A stretch of 64,000 nucleotides of DNA. It comes from an uncultured bacterium (GTDB taxonomy: Bacteria; Omnitrophota; Omnitrophia; Omnitrophales; Aquincolibacteriaceae). Within the stretch, counting starts at the first letter, position 1. Each line of letters begins with the position of its first letter. Both the position numbers and the translations under genes were made by a program. The notes under the pieces are model-generated. The model searched no databases. It was not told the origin of the DNA and was given only the letters and a program-made list of their open reading frames with translations. Location: contig CAYPIR010000005.1 of the NCBI GenBank assembly GCA_964410905.1, forward strand, positions 33,938-97,937. The letters run 5' to 3'. Below, one piece after another: positions 27,376-39,159 of the stretch.

Positions 27376-28157
27376 GACTGTCCTCCGCGCTCAAGCGTCG
27401 CTTGGGCTTCTTGAATAATTTGTGCAAAAGATTCTGCCTTGAGAGAGGCGCCGCCGACTAGAGCTCCGTCAATGTTCGGTTTTTCCAAAAGCAGCTTTGT
27501 ATTATCAGGTTTCACGCTGCCGCCATAAAGAAGAGAGATTTTATTACCAATTTCTTGTCCGAATTTTTCATTTAAAAGTCTGCGAATATAAGAATGGATC
27601 TGTTCGGCTTGATCGGGAGTCGCGGTTTTACCTGTCCCGATTGCCCAAACAGGTTCATAAGCGATGACAACTTTCGATATATCCTCTTTCGCGAGTGTCC
27701 CGAGGGCCTCATCAAACTGCGTCTTGATTACATCAAAATGTTTTTTTGCTTCTCGCTCCGTCAGCGTTTCGCCGACACAAACTATCGGAACTAAACTATA
27801 TTTCAAAGCCGTTTTTATTTTTTCATGAATTAAAATATTATCCTCTTTGAAATACTGACGACGTTCAGAATGTCCGAGAATAACATAACGGCAGCCGCTT
27901 TCCTTCAGCATCACTGGAGAAATCTCGCCCGTAAACGCTCCTTCCGGAGCCGCATACATATTTTGCGCGCCCAAATTGATCGGCGAATCCTTAAGTATCT
28001 CCGACACGCTCGACAATGCCGTAAAGGGAGGGCAAATGACAATTGTAACATTAGAAACAGCATGAACTGCCGCTTTAATGGTTTGAACCAGCGTAACCGC
28101 TTCAGCCGCTGTTTTATACATTTTCCAGTTACCAGCAATAAAAGGTCTTTTTGTCAT
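27372..28157 (-). CDS. tpiA: Triosephosphate isomerase
   Basis: Motifs FIAGNWKM, ...ILGHSERR, ...AYEPVWAIGTG. Confidence 0.9.
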   Translation of the reverse strand: MTKRPFIAGNWKMYKTAAEAVTLVQTIKAAVHAVSNVTIVICPPFTALSSVSEILKDSPINLGAQNMYAAPEGAFTGEISPVMLKESGCRYVILGHSERRQYFKEDNILIHEKIKTALKYSLVPIVCVGETLTEREAKKHFDVIKTQFDEALGTLAKEDISKVVIAYEPVWAIGTGKTATPDQAEQIHSYIRRLLNEKFGQEIGNKISLLYGGSVKPDNTKLLLEKPNIDGALVGGASLKAESFAQIIQEAQATLERGGQS

Positions 28158-28199
28158 AACTCTCTCATTAGTTTTAAGTGTTTAGTTTTTAAAATAAAT

Positions 28200-29462
28200 T
28201 TATTTATCAAGCAAAGCCGCGACGCCGGGAAGCGTTTTTCCTTCAACAAGCTCAAGCGATGCCCCGCCGCCCGTGGAAATATGCGAAATTTTTGACGCCA
28301 CACCGGATTTATTGACCGCCGCGACCGAGTCCCCGCCGCCGATAACCGAGACACAATCCGGAAGATCAGCTATCGCGCGAGCAATAGACATTGTTCCGTT
28401 AGCGAATTTCTCAAATTCAAAAACGCCTACTGGACCATTCCAAAAAACCGTCCTCGCGCCGTTAAGCGCGCCTTTAAATTTTTCTATAGTCATGGGACCA
28501 ATATCCATTCCCATTTGATCATTACCTATGTTTCCGCGCGCGACATGTTTCGCGTCCGCGTCAGCGGCAAACTCTTTTGTAACAATGTGGTCGATTGGAA
28601 GATAAAGATATATGTGCGACTCATAAGCTTTTTGAAGAATTTTTCTTGCGACAGCAATCATATCCTCTTCAATGAGAGATCCCCCTATTGAAAGTCCTTT
28701 TGCTTTAAGAAATGTATACGCCATTCCTCCGCCGACAATTAAACGGTCAACTTTACTTAAAAGGCTTTCGAGAACGGCTATTTTGGATGAAATTTTTGCA
28801 CCGCCAATAATCGCGACAAACGGCCGCGCCGGATTATTAACAACTTTATCTTCAAGATACTCAAGTTCTTTTTCCATAAGAAAACCAGCCACGGCGGGCA
28901 AAAATTTAGCGACCGTCTCCGTTGACGCGTGGGCGCGGTGAGCAGAACCAAAAGCGTCATTTACGAAAACATCACCATATTGCGCCAGCTGCTTTGCTAG
29001 TTTTTCGCGTTCTGCGGCGTCTTTTGAAGTTTCCTCTTTTTGAAACCGCGTATTTTCAAGCATCAAAACTTCGCCGTCTTTTAGAGACTTTACTATCTTT
29101 TCGGTTTCTTCACCTACGCAGGAAGGAGCAAAAAGAACGCTCTTGCCAAGCAATTCAGAAAGCCTTACAGCGACAGGCTGCATCTTATGCTTGCCGTTAA
29201 CAAACTTTTGTTCATCAAACGGCTTACCCGCTTTTTCTGCTTTTTCTTTCGCTTTCTGCGTGTCTTTTTTAGGATCGCCGAGATGCGACATTAAAACTAT
29301 ATTTTTAGCGTCCTGTTCTAGAGCATAACGAATTGAGGGAAGAGCCGATTTGATTCGCGTATCATCTTGAACAACGCCGTCTTTCATTGGGACGTTAAAG
29401 TCAACTCGCATTAAAATGCGTTTGCCGCGAATATCAATATTTTTTATCGTTTTCTTTTTCAT
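28200..29462 (-). CDS. pgk: Phosphoglycerate kinase
   Basis: 420 aa with RVDFNVP...NGPVGVFE. Confidence 0.95.
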   Translation of the reverse strand: MKKKTIKNIDIRGKRILMRVDFNVPMKDGVVQDDTRIKSALPSIRYALEQDAKNIVLMSHLGDPKKDTQKAKEKAEKAGKPFDEQKFVNGKHKMQPVAVRLSELLGKSVLFAPSCVGEETEKIVKSLKDGEVLMLENTRFQKEETSKDAAEREKLAKQLAQYGDVFVNDAFGSAHRAHASTETVAKFLPAVAGFLMEKELEYLEDKVVNNPARPFVAIIGGAKISSKIAVLESLLSKVDRLIVGGGMAYTFLKAKGLSIGGSLIEEDMIAVARKILQKAYESHIYLYLPIDHIVTKEFAADADAKHVARGNIGNDQMGMDIGPMTIEKFKGALNGARTVFWNGPVGVFEFEKFANGTMSIARAIADLPDCVSVIGGGDSVAAVNKSGVASKISHISTGGGASLELVEGKTLPGVAALLDK

Positions 29463-29556
29463 TACTCTTCCCTTTTCGCTAGTGAGGAGTTAAAAGAAAC
29501 GTCTTCTCGTTTCTCTCATACGCAAGCAAACGCGAAAGACGTTCCCCAATATTTTA

Positions 29557-30774
<1,218 letters not shown>

Positions 30775-30806
30775 TCAAGAAATCAGCCTTGCTTTTGGGG
30801 GATTTT

Positions 30807-31739
30807 TTAAGAAATATTTGTCCCTGCGATAATTCGCCGTCCGTGCGCGAACTCAGCACCGGACATCGCGTTCTTCCCTTCGGGTTTTACCTTTGTTACG
30901 CGGACAGCATTTGATAGCGCGGATAAAGTAAAGCCCTCACTATCAAGACTCAAAATCACACCGGGTTTATTCGCGATGCCATCTACCGCGACAACCTCCG
31001 CGTTTAATATCGCGACGCGTTCTTTCCCCCAATAAAAAAATGTCCCAGGCCATGGCTTAAGCCCTCTGACTTTTCTAACAATCTCCGTTGCGTTCATATG
31101 AAGAAATTTTATTTCTCCATCGGATTTTTCAAGTTGTCTTGCGACTGTCGCCCGCGCGTCATCCTGCGCGATGCCTTTTAAATTTCCAGCCGCGGCAAGA
31201 TTGAGAGCTTTCTTTAAAAGTTCATAACCAAGTTCCGCGAGTTTGTTATTAAGTTCAAGAGCGTCAATATCTTCTGAAAGTGAAACTTTTTCCTGAAGAT
31301 AAATTTCACCCGAATCAAGTTTTGCGGCAATATCAATAATGCTCACGCCTGTTTCGCTATCGCCGTTTAATATCGGCCAATTTATGGGAGCAGAACCTCT
31401 ATATTTGGGCAAAAGAGAGGGATGCACATTTAAACGAAATTTTGGTATTTCAAGCAGGTTTACCGGAATGATTTTTCCATAAGACGCAACCACAAAGACA
31501 TCGGGATTAAGCTCTTTGATGTCGCTTGCGATTTGCGGATCCTTAAGGGATTGATACGCGGCCAGAGGAAGATTTTTTTCTTTCGCGAAAGTTTCAATTT
31601 CGCTTGGGATGAGTTTTAGTCCGCGTCCTTTTTTTTTAGGCGGGGTGGTAATAACTCGCGCAATTTCAAAATCGGAGTCGAGGCACGCTTCAAGCGCTTT
31701 AATTGAAAAATTGTCCGAACCAAAAAAAATTAGTTTCAT
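30807..31739 (-). CDS. fmt: Methionyl-tRNA formyltransferase
   Basis: Formyltransferase core (...HPSLLPKYRG...) plus a C-terminal domain. Forms a def-fmt pair. Confidence 0.9.
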   Translation of the reverse strand: MKLIFFGSDNFSIKALEACLDSDFEIARVITTPPKKKGRGLKLIPSEIETFAKEKNLPLAAYQSLKDPQIASDIKELNPDVFVVASYGKIIPVNLLEIPKFRLNVHPSLLPKYRGSAPINWPILNGDSETGVSIIDIAAKLDSGEIYLQEKVSLSEDIDALELNNKLAELGYELLKKALNLAAAGNLKGIAQDDARATVARQLEKSDGEIKFLHMNATEIVRKVRGLKPWPGTFFYWGKERVAILNAEVVAVDGIANKPGVILSLDSEGFTLSALSNAVRVTKVKPEGKNAMSGAEFAHGRRIIAGTNIS

Positions 31740-32284
31740 TGCGGAGATTGAAGTTTGTATTTCTCAAGAATTTCGGCTCGACCGCGCGCGGACTTTGATA
31801 AAGATTTATATTGCTCTAAAATTTTTTCACGCTCGGCGCCGGAAAAATGATCGACCAAAGTCTTGCCCGACAAATGATCCATTTCGTGTTGAATTATGCG
31901 GGCAAAAAAATCGACCGCAACTATTCTGTGTTTTTCGCCAAGTCTATCTTGAAAACCCACTTCTACTTTTGACGCGCGGACAATTTCGGCGGAAAAACCG
32001 GGAAAGCTCAAGCAGCCTTCAGCGGCAGAAACAGCGCCTTCTTTTTTTTCTATCACGGCATTTACAAAAACAAATTCTCCGCCTTGGCGCATAGTGGGAG
32101 AAGCGACAAAAATATTTTTTGAAATACCGACTTGAGTCGCCGCGAGCCCAACTCCGTCCGACGAATACATAGTTTCAATCATATCGTCAAAAAGTTTCTG
32201 CGCGGCCGGGCCAAAATCCGTAACGTTCTGAACCTTGGCTTTTAAAATAGGGTCTGGATAAATTCTTATTTTTAATTTCGCCAT
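31736..32284 (-). CDS. def: Peptide deformylase
   Basis: Motifs GVGLAATQ, EGCLSFPG and QHEMDHL. The start is ambiguous between 32293 and 32284. Confidence 0.9.
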   Translation of the reverse strand: MAKLKIRIYPDPILKAKVQNVTDFGPAAQKLFDDMIETMYSSDGVGLAATQVGISKNIFVASPTMRQGGEFVFVNAVIEKKEGAVSAAEGCLSFPGFSAEIVRASKVEVGFQDRLGEKHRIVAVDFFARIIQHEMDHLSGKTLVDHFSGAEREKILEQYKSLSKSARGRAEILEKYKLQSPQ

Positions 32285-32323
32285 AGGGAGCATTCTAACA
32301 TAACTTTTAAAATAAAGACTTCA

Positions 32324-32962
32324 TCAAAAAGTTTCGCAAAAAGTTTCGCCGATTTTTTTAGCCATTTCGGACGCCTCGATTATTTTTTGATTCCGAACAA
32401 CTTCTCCGCACGCGTCGGCAGGCTGAACATAAATAAATTCGCTAATCTCTATACCGAAAAATGAAAAAATAGTTTTGAGATATTTTGACTCGTGATCAAC
32501 GAGGCTAGCTGGAGCTTGAGAATAATCGCCGCCCCGGCTTGTTACTATTACCATTTTTCTTCCCTTCGCCAGCCCTTCGGGGCCGGACTCAGTATAGCGG
32601 AAAAGATAACGCGGCTGCGCTATCACATCAATGTAATGTTTTAAAGGATATGGGATGCCGAAATTCCACATCGGCACACTGAGCAAATATCCATCGGCGG
32701 AAAGAAAATGATTAATCCTTTCCATAATTTTTTCCCATGCCGCGGCTTGTTCGGACGATAAATTTTTGCCCGACATCAAAGTATATTTCCCGTCAACCTG
32801 TTTTACGCCAATCGACGGCAAATCCGTTTCAAACAAATTAAGCGTATCAACTTCCCAATCGCTATGCGTTGCGGTAAACGATTGCAAAAAAGATTTTGAA
32901 ACCGCAAGAGTGCGGGACTCTTCATTTCTGGGCGTCGCGATTATGTGTAAAAGTTTTTTCAT
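32324..32962 (-). CDS. azoR: FMN-dependent NADH-azoreductase / ACP phosphodiesterase family
   Basis: Motifs KKLLHIIATPR...SRT, ...LLSVPMWNFGIP. Confidence 0.8.
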   Translation of the reverse strand: MKKLLHIIATPRNEESRTLAVSKSFLQSFTATHSDWEVDTLNLFETDLPSIGVKQVDGKYTLMSGKNLSSEQAAAWEKIMERINHFLSADGYLLSVPMWNFGIPYPLKHYIDVIAQPRYLFRYTESGPEGLAKGRKMVIVTSRGGDYSQAPASLVDHESKYLKTIFSFFGIEISEFIYVQPADACGEVVRNQKIIEASEMAKKIGETFCETF

Positions 32963-33035
32963 TTTATTTCCTTCCTGTTTGCGCGCGCGATTTTAATACT
33001 TAACTGTTAACGACGACTAATTACATGCGTAAAGG

Positions 33036-35141
33036 CTACAGAACATTTAACGGATCAACATCGATTTGAAATGCTACTGCAGTCGGTTTTTTAAGTTTGG
33101 CAAGAGCGGCAGATATATCCTGAGCAAAATTCATACGCTTTTGTTCAAGCAACAAGTTAGTTTTTATCATTATATGCCATCTGACATGTCCACGAAGTTT
33201 ATAAAAAGGAAGCGGCGCAGGACCAATAATTTCTATTTTATTCTGGCCGACGGAAGAAGGCGTAATCTGTCCATAAAGCATATCGCGCATTTCTTTGGCA
33301 AAGCTGTAGGTTTTTTTTTCGTCGCGGCCGCGGACAATAATGTTTATGAGAGAGCTTTCCGGCGGATAAAAAAACTCTTTTCGCGAAATACTTTCTTGAT
33401 TATAAAAACCAAGAAAATCATGATTTTTCGCAAAAACAATTGCCGGATGCTCAGGCATCCAAGTTTGAATAAAAACGCGCCCCTGCTTTTCTCCCCGCCC
33501 GGCGCGCCCGGCAAATTGCGTCAATAATTGGAATGTTCTCTCGCCCGACCTAAAATCTGGAAGCCGAACTCCCACATCCGCAAGAATTGCCGCCACAAGG
33601 GTTACGTGAGGAAAATCAAAACCTTTGGCTATCATTTGAGTGCCAATCAAAATATCCGTTTTTTGCTTTCTGAAATTTTCCAAAATAAGTTCGTGAGCGC
33701 CACGTTTTTGAGCAGTATCGGTATCGAGCCGGCCAACGCGCGCCGTTGGGAAAATTCGCGCGATTTCACTTTCCACTTTTTCCGTGCCAAAACCCGAAAA
33801 TCGCAGTTGAGGGGCTTTGCACTTGGGGCATTTATCTGTAGTTTTTTTTTGATAGTTACAGTAATGACAAACAAGAATATTTCTATCTTGATGATATGTG
33901 AGAGGAACCTGACAACTTTTGCACGTTTCAACTTCTTTGCAAACGGTGCAGCAAATTGTCGTGGAAAAACCTCTACGGTTGAGAAGCAGCATTGTTCCCT
34001 CTCTCGCTTTAAGATTTCTTTCGATTTCGTAATAAAGCGGCGGGGCAAACAGATAACTCGCTTTTTTGTCGCCATCGTATCGTTTTAAATCAATAACCGT
34101 AACTCCGGGCAAAGTTTTTTTGTCGACGCGTTTTATCAGCGTTATTAATTCGTAATGTTTCTTCTCAGCGCGCGACATCGACTCCATGGATGGAGTCGCG
34201 GTTCCCATCACAAACAACGCGTTTTCCGCTTCCGCTCGCCACGCCGCGACTTCCCGCGAGTGATAACGCGGAACAGTTTCTTGTTTATAAGAAGACTCGT
34301 GCTCTTCGTCCATAATTATCAGTCCGAGATTAGAAAACGGCGCAAAAACTGCCGAGCGCGGGCCCAAAACAACTTTGCATTTTCCAAGCTCAATTCGTTT
34401 CCACGCGAGAAACCTTTCACCATCAGTCATTTTGCTATGAAAGACTTCCAGCGACTTCCCAAAATGACTGATAAAAAAACGTTTCAGCTGCTCGGTAAGA
34501 GCAATTTCAGGGACTAGACAAATGGCGGATTTGTTTTGGTTTAAAGTTTCTTTAATCGCGCGAATATATATTTCACTTTTTCCGCTTCCGGTTATGCCAA
34601 ATATTAGAATCGGCTTCACAGATTTTTTTTCAGTAGATTCTCTCAAGCGGGTTTGAATAATTTTAAATGCCGCGGATTGTTCTTCTGTGAGAGATATTTC
34701 TGACATTTTCCGAACAGGCAAAGATTCATCGCTTTCTATTTTCTCAATGTATTTTTCAACTTTTTTCCCATATTTAACCCATCTGGGCAGCGCATTTTCA
34801 ATCGCCTCTCCCCAACTCGAGCCGTAATATTCCGAAACCTTTTTTGTCAGGCATAACATATTTTTAGAAATTGCGGGCTCCGCATCAAGCAAACTCGAAA
34901 CGGCTTTGAGCGTTATTTTTTTAGCCTTTTTGTTTTTCGATGAAATTTCTATATCGGATATTTTTTTCTGTTCTATCGCGATAACATATCCAGTTATTTC
35001 ATCATTGCGGAATGGGACAAGAACACGAATCCCAACCTTTATTTTATCTTTAAAATGTTCGGGAATTTGATAACTGAATACGGTAGGGATTGGGACAGGG
35101 ATGGCAACCTGAGCGATATTTATTTCGGACTCGGCGTTCAT
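33036..35141 (-). CDS. priA: Primosomal protein N' (replication restart helicase PriA)
   Basis: 701 aa with Walker A GITGSGKSE, a DEEH box and the Cys-rich zinc-binding insert CxxC...CxxC. Confidence 0.9.
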   Translation of the reverse strand: MNAESEINIAQVAIPVPIPTVFSYQIPEHFKDKIKVGIRVLVPFRNDEITGYVIAIEQKKISDIEISSKNKKAKKITLKAVSSLLDAEPAISKNMLCLTKKVSEYYGSSWGEAIENALPRWVKYGKKVEKYIEKIESDESLPVRKMSEISLTEEQSAAFKIIQTRLRESTEKKSVKPILIFGITGSGKSEIYIRAIKETLNQNKSAICLVPEIALTEQLKRFFISHFGKSLEVFHSKMTDGERFLAWKRIELGKCKVVLGPRSAVFAPFSNLGLIIMDEEHESSYKQETVPRYHSREVAAWRAEAENALFVMGTATPSMESMSRAEKKHYELITLIKRVDKKTLPGVTVIDLKRYDGDKKASYLFAPPLYYEIERNLKAREGTMLLLNRRGFSTTICCTVCKEVETCKSCQVPLTYHQDRNILVCHYCNYQKKTTDKCPKCKAPQLRFSGFGTEKVESEIARIFPTARVGRLDTDTAQKRGAHELILENFRKQKTDILIGTQMIAKGFDFPHVTLVAAILADVGVRLPDFRSGERTFQLLTQFAGRAGRGEKQGRVFIQTWMPEHPAIVFAKNHDFLGFYNQESISRKEFFYPPESSLINIIVRGRDEKKTYSFAKEMRDMLYGQITPSSVGQNKIEIIGPAPLPFYKLRGHVRWHIMIKTNLLLEQKRMNFAQDISAALAKLKKPTAVAFQIDVDPLNVL

Positions 35142-35812
35142 AGCTCATTTGTTTTTAAGAAATGTAAAACTTTTTTCATATCTTCCCAAACTTTGCGTTT
35201 CTCGCCGGGGCTTCTCAATAAATACGCGGGATGATATGTGCAGATCACGGGGATACCTTCATATTTTTGAAATATTCCGCGCATTGATGTTATGCCTTTA
35301 TCCGTTTGCAGCAAAGCACGAGCGGCATGAGCGCCTAAGGCGATGATCACTTTGGGCTTTATAAAATCAAGCTGGCGTTTTAAATAAGGCCGGCAATTCG
35401 CGACTTCATTTGGAAGCGGCTGACGATTTTCCGGCGGACGGCATTTTAAAACATTGCAAATAAAAACATCTTCGCGCTTCAACCCCATAGCTTCGATTAT
35501 CTTAGTAAGAAGCTGCCCCGCCCTCCCCACAAACGGTCGTCCTTGTTCATTTTCATCCGCGCCCGGCGCTTCGCCGACAAAAATAATGTCCGCTTCCGCG
35601 TTCCCTTCGCCAAAAACTATTTTGTCGCGCGTCCTAGAGAGTTCATCGCAAAGTTTGCATGCGGAGACTTCTTCGCGTATTTTTTCAAAATCAGCCGGCA
35701 GCGGCGGCAAAGGTTTTGTTTGAGAAGTTTTTCTTTGCGAATTAACCATTATATATTCCACGCCATCTTCTTTAAGCGCGCGAAGAAATAAAGCAGCGTC
35801 ATTTATAGACAT
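35138..35812 (-). CDS. Uracil-DNA glycosylase, family 4
   Basis: Motifs CKLC.L, GEGNAEADIIFVGEAPGADE and HPAYLLR are family-4 UDG signatures. Confidence 0.8.
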   Translation of the reverse strand: MSINDAALFLRALKEDGVEYIMVNSQRKTSQTKPLPPLPADFEKIREEVSACKLCDELSRTRDKIVFGEGNAEADIIFVGEAPGADENEQGRPFVGRAGQLLTKIIEAMGLKREDVFICNVLKCRPPENRQPLPNEVANCRPYLKRQLDFIKPKVIIALGAHAARALLQTDKGITSMRGIFQKYEGIPVICTYHPAYLLRSPGEKRKVWEDMKKVLHFLKTNEL

Positions 35813-35814
35813 TG

Positions 35815-36927
35815 TTATTCCGATAAAACTTTTTGAACAAGGTCAAATGCGGCGTTAGGCTGCGCCAAGGTTTCAACCGCAATCTTTTTTCTGGCAAATT
35901 CTTGAGGATTATCAAAAATACTTTGAAGGATGGTTTTTATTTCTTCGGGACGTTTAAGAAAATAAGAAGCGTTGCGTTTTTTTAAAAGATTTGCATTGCG
36001 AGTTTCTTGTCCCGGTATTGGCGACATAATAACCATAGGAACACCTTTGGCTAACGCTTCGGAAGTTGTAGAGCCGCCGGACTTCGCGATCATAAGATCG
36101 CTTGCTTCCATAAGCTCAGGCATAAAATCCACAAACCCAAAAGTTTTCACGGGAAACGGATAAGTTTTCGCGTCCAAAATGGATTTAAGTTCTTTGTTAT
36201 TGGCACAAACTACAAAACACTGAATTTTATCAGCAAAACTTTTCAAGTTTTCTAAAATCGCTTCCTGCGGACCCAAGCCAAAACTCCCGCTTGTAAGAAG
36301 AACCGTGAAACGATCTTTACTAAAACCATACTTTTCCCGAAACTCCGCCTTTTTTTCTGTCGGAAAAAAATCTTTAAGTATCGGGATTCCTCCGGCTGCT
36401 ATTTTTTCACTAGGGACATGCCGATGAATGAGTTCGTCTTTTGTTTCGTGCGTCATAACCCAGTAAATATCTGTGCCGGGATTTACCCAAAATGTATGCG
36501 GATAAAAATCCGTAATCACCGTCCATAATTTCGACTTGATTAACCCTTTCAACTTCGCCCTACCCAATATTTCTGGAGGCAAGAAATGAGTCGAAATAAC
36601 AATGTCAGGCTGATGGCGGGCTATAGCCGCTAAAAGTTTTTTCGCGTGATGCGAATTGGTTAGTGAACGGATTGGTCTAAGTAAGTTATAAAGCCATTGC
36701 CAATCGAGTATTTCGTAGGACGCGCCCCAAACAGCAGCCGCGTGTCTAACCGCCCAATAATAAATTGGCGCGTAAGTTTTTTGAAATGTTGAGTCCACAT
36801 AATCAAGCGCGTTCAGCTGTCTAATCTCAAGATCGTCTCTGTTTTGTTCTTTAAAAGCCGCCTCAATGGCAAGCGCGATTTTTCTATGTCCTTCTCCAGC
36901 TGTCGCGTGAATAATATCAATTTTCAT
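35815..36927 (-). CDS. Glycosyltransferase, MGDG-synthase/UgtP-like (diacylglycerol glycosyltransferase family)
   Basis: 370 aa with a GT-B fold. The N-terminal G(E)GH motif is present in ...ATAGEGHRKIA and there is a C-terminal UDP-sugar binding region. Confidence 0.65.
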   Translation of the reverse strand: MKIDIIHATAGEGHRKIALAIEAAFKEQNRDDLEIRQLNALDYVDSTFQKTYAPIYYWAVRHAAAVWGASYEILDWQWLYNLLRPIRSLTNSHHAKKLLAAIARHQPDIVISTHFLPPEILGRAKLKGLIKSKLWTVITDFYPHTFWVNPGTDIYWVMTHETKDELIHRHVPSEKIAAGGIPILKDFFPTEKKAEFREKYGFSKDRFTVLLTSGSFGLGPQEAILENLKSFADKIQCFVVCANNKELKSILDAKTYPFPVKTFGFVDFMPELMEASDLMIAKSGGSTTSEALAKGVPMVIMSPIPGQETRNANLLKKRNASYFLKRPEEIKTILQSIFDNPQEFARKKIAVETLAQPNAAFDLVQKVLSE

Positions 36928-37490
36928 TTTGTCGCCTCCAAAACCGTAGAAACCGCGGTAAACAGATTATCGGAAATATAATCGGGGCGCGTTGTGCCAG
37001 CCAACTCTTTTTCAGCTTTAGCGCCGTAGCCCGTCCGCACAAGTATGGTTTTTATGCCGAAGTTTTTACCCGCCTCAATGTCGCCCAATTTATCCCCAAT
37101 AAAAAACGTTTTTGATTTTTCAAATGTTACACCCTTAACAGCGTTTTCGAGAAGTTTTGTTTTCGGTTTCCGGCAATCACAGCCTGCCTTTTTACCGTGA
37201 AGGCAATATTGGGTTCCCGCTATTTTTATGCCTGCTTTTTCCATCTCCGCGAGCATTTTGTTATGAATGTCCCAAAGAGCGGCTTCGGTAAACACCCCGT
37301 CTCCCACGCCGGCTTGATTGGAAATAATGAAAATCTTAAAATTGTTATCCGCAAGTTTTTTGAGCGCGGGTAAAACATCTTCTTCAAATTTGAACTCGTC
37401 CCAACGCTCGACATATTTCCATAAATCAACGTTGATAACGCCGTCTCGGTCGATAAAAACAACTTTTGCGGGATTGGTTTCAGAAAACAT
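36924..37490 (-). CDS. gmhB: D,D-heptose 1,7-bisphosphate phosphatase (HAD family)
   Basis: HAD motif I FIDRDGVIN, and the Zn-binding C-x-H-x..C-x-C region (YCLHGKKAGCDCRKP). Confidence 0.75.
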   Translation of the reverse strand: MFSETNPAKVVFIDRDGVINVDLWKYVERWDEFKFEEDVLPALKKLADNNFKIFIISNQAGVGDGVFTEAALWDIHNKMLAEMEKAGIKIAGTQYCLHGKKAGCDCRKPKTKLLENAVKGVTFEKSKTFFIGDKLGDIEAGKNFGIKTILVRTGYGAKAEKELAGTTRPDYISDNLFTAVSTVLEATK

Positions 37491-38605
37491 TATTTTTTGT
37501 AGAATTGCTTGATAGCGCTGGTAATAAAAAGCATTTCGGCTTTTTTCATGTATGGGAAAAGCGGCAATGTTAAAACTTCTTGCTGTAGTTTTCTTGTAGT
37601 TGAGAGATCAACTTTGCGAGTTTTAAAGCGTTTCATGACGGGCTGTTCATCAACCACGGTTTTATAATGAATCATTGACGGAATATTTTTTGAGGCAAGA
37701 TATTCTTTCAGTGCGTCGCGTTTACCTTGAGGAACGCGAACCACATAAATGTGATAAACGTGATAAGCGCCAGGCGTTTCATACGGCAATCCAAGAGGTG
37801 TTGTCTTCAATTCTTTGTGATAAATATCTGCTATTTCACGGCGATTTTGATTAATCCCATCTAGCTGTTTTAATTTTAGATTTAAAAACGTCGCCTGAAT
37901 GCTGTCTAAACGGCTTGTCCAACCTATTTCATCATGGACCATAGGGTTTTCTATTCCCTTGCCCAAATTGCGATACTGCAAACACTTCTTTTGAATATTG
38001 GCGTTTGATGTTGTAACCGCTCCGCCATCGCCTACTCCGCCAAGATTTTTGGTAGGATAAAAACTAAAGGCTCCCGCATCGCCAAAACTTCCCGCTTGCT
38101 TGTTTTTCCACGTAGAACCATGCGCTTGGCAAGCGTCTTCCACAACCTTCAAGCCATATTCTTTCGCGATATTTAAAATTGCTGTCATATTTGCGCATTG
38201 CCCAAAAAGATGGACAACTAAAATCGCTTTCGTCTTTTTGCTTATGGCTTTTTTGACAGAGTCGGGGTTAAGATTGAAAGAAGTTTCTTCCACATCGACA
38301 AAAACCGGAATCGCTCCAATGTGAGTAACCGCAAGTGCCGTGGATGTAAAAGTAAAAGAAGGGACTATGACTTCATCGCCTTTTTTAATTCCAAGAGAAA
38401 GAAGAGAAAAAATAAGCGCGTCCGTGCCGGAGCCAACTCCCAACGCGTATTTCGTCCCGACATATGAAGAAAAGGCGGCTTCAAACGCTTTAAGTTCCGG
38501 GCCGAGTATATACGCTCCGCTGTTTAAAACTTTTTTAAATGAAGCGATCGCGTTTTTACTAAACGATTGATGTTGTCTTGAAACGTCAAAATATGGAATT
38601 TTCAT
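37490..38605 (-). CDS. DegT/DnrJ/EryC1/StrS (ArnB-like) PLP-dependent sugar aminotransferase
   Basis: 371 aa with the pattern ...GTDAL...VPSFTFTSTA... and the PLP-Lys in the ...SFYPTKNLG region. Confidence 0.85.
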   Translation of the reverse strand: MKIPYFDVSRQHQSFSKNAIASFKKVLNSGAYILGPELKAFEAAFSSYVGTKYALGVGSGTDALIFSLLSLGIKKGDEVIVPSFTFTSTALAVTHIGAIPVFVDVEETSFNLNPDSVKKAISKKTKAILVVHLFGQCANMTAILNIAKEYGLKVVEDACQAHGSTWKNKQAGSFGDAGAFSFYPTKNLGGVGDGGAVTTSNANIQKKCLQYRNLGKGIENPMVHDEIGWTSRLDSIQATFLNLKLKQLDGINQNRREIADIYHKELKTTPLGLPYETPGAYHVYHIYVVRVPQGKRDALKEYLASKNIPSMIHYKTVVDEQPVMKRFKTRKVDLSTTRKLQQEVLTLPLFPYMKKAEMLFITSAIKQFYKK

Positions 38606-39159
38606 TTTAAGATTTTTTTGACAAAATTCGCGCCGACAGAAAGAGCATGCTCGTTTACATAAATGAGTTCTTTGCGTAGTCCTTTAAAAACCTTCCCCAA
38701 AACTTTTATGGCGTTTTCAAGTTTGACTACGCCTGTTTTTTCAATCGCGGCGCCAATCATAATCATATTGGTTACTTTTTCATTTCCTATTTCAAGCGCC
38801 ATTTGGGTTGCGGGAATTTCAATAATACGTCCCGTTGCTCCGTCTTCTATTTTATCAACTTTGGTAACTTGCGAAGAATTTACAAAGAATAGTCCTTTGG
38901 AATCTGTTTTGGTTTTAAATTTATTATAAGCAGCTTGGTTTAACGCAAAACCCAGAGTCGCTTTTTCTATGATTGGGCAATCTATTTCGTGGTCAGCAAT
39001 AATAACAAAACTATGAGACGCACCGCCGCGGACCTCAACACCGTAAGAAACCATTCCAAGAACAAATCTGTTTTCCACAAGCGCCGCGTGAGCCAAAATG
39101 TTCCCCGCCACGACCACGCCTTGTCCGCCAAATCCCGCAACAAAAATTCTCTCTTCCAT
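38602..39159 (-). CDS. 2-oxoacid:ferredoxin oxidoreductase, gamma subunit
   Basis: 185 aa. Begins IFVAGFGGQGVVVAGNILAHAA. There is a 4-nt overlap with the DegT gene downstream. Confidence 0.8.
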   Translation of the reverse strand: MEERIFVAGFGGQGVVVAGNILAHAALVENRFVLGMVSYGVEVRGGASHSFVIIADHEIDCPIIEKATLGFALNQAAYNKFKTKTDSKGLFFVNSSQVTKVDKIEDGATGRIIEIPATQMALEIGNEKVTNMIMIGAAIEKTGVVKLENAIKVLGKVFKGLRKELIYVNEHALSVGANFVKKILK

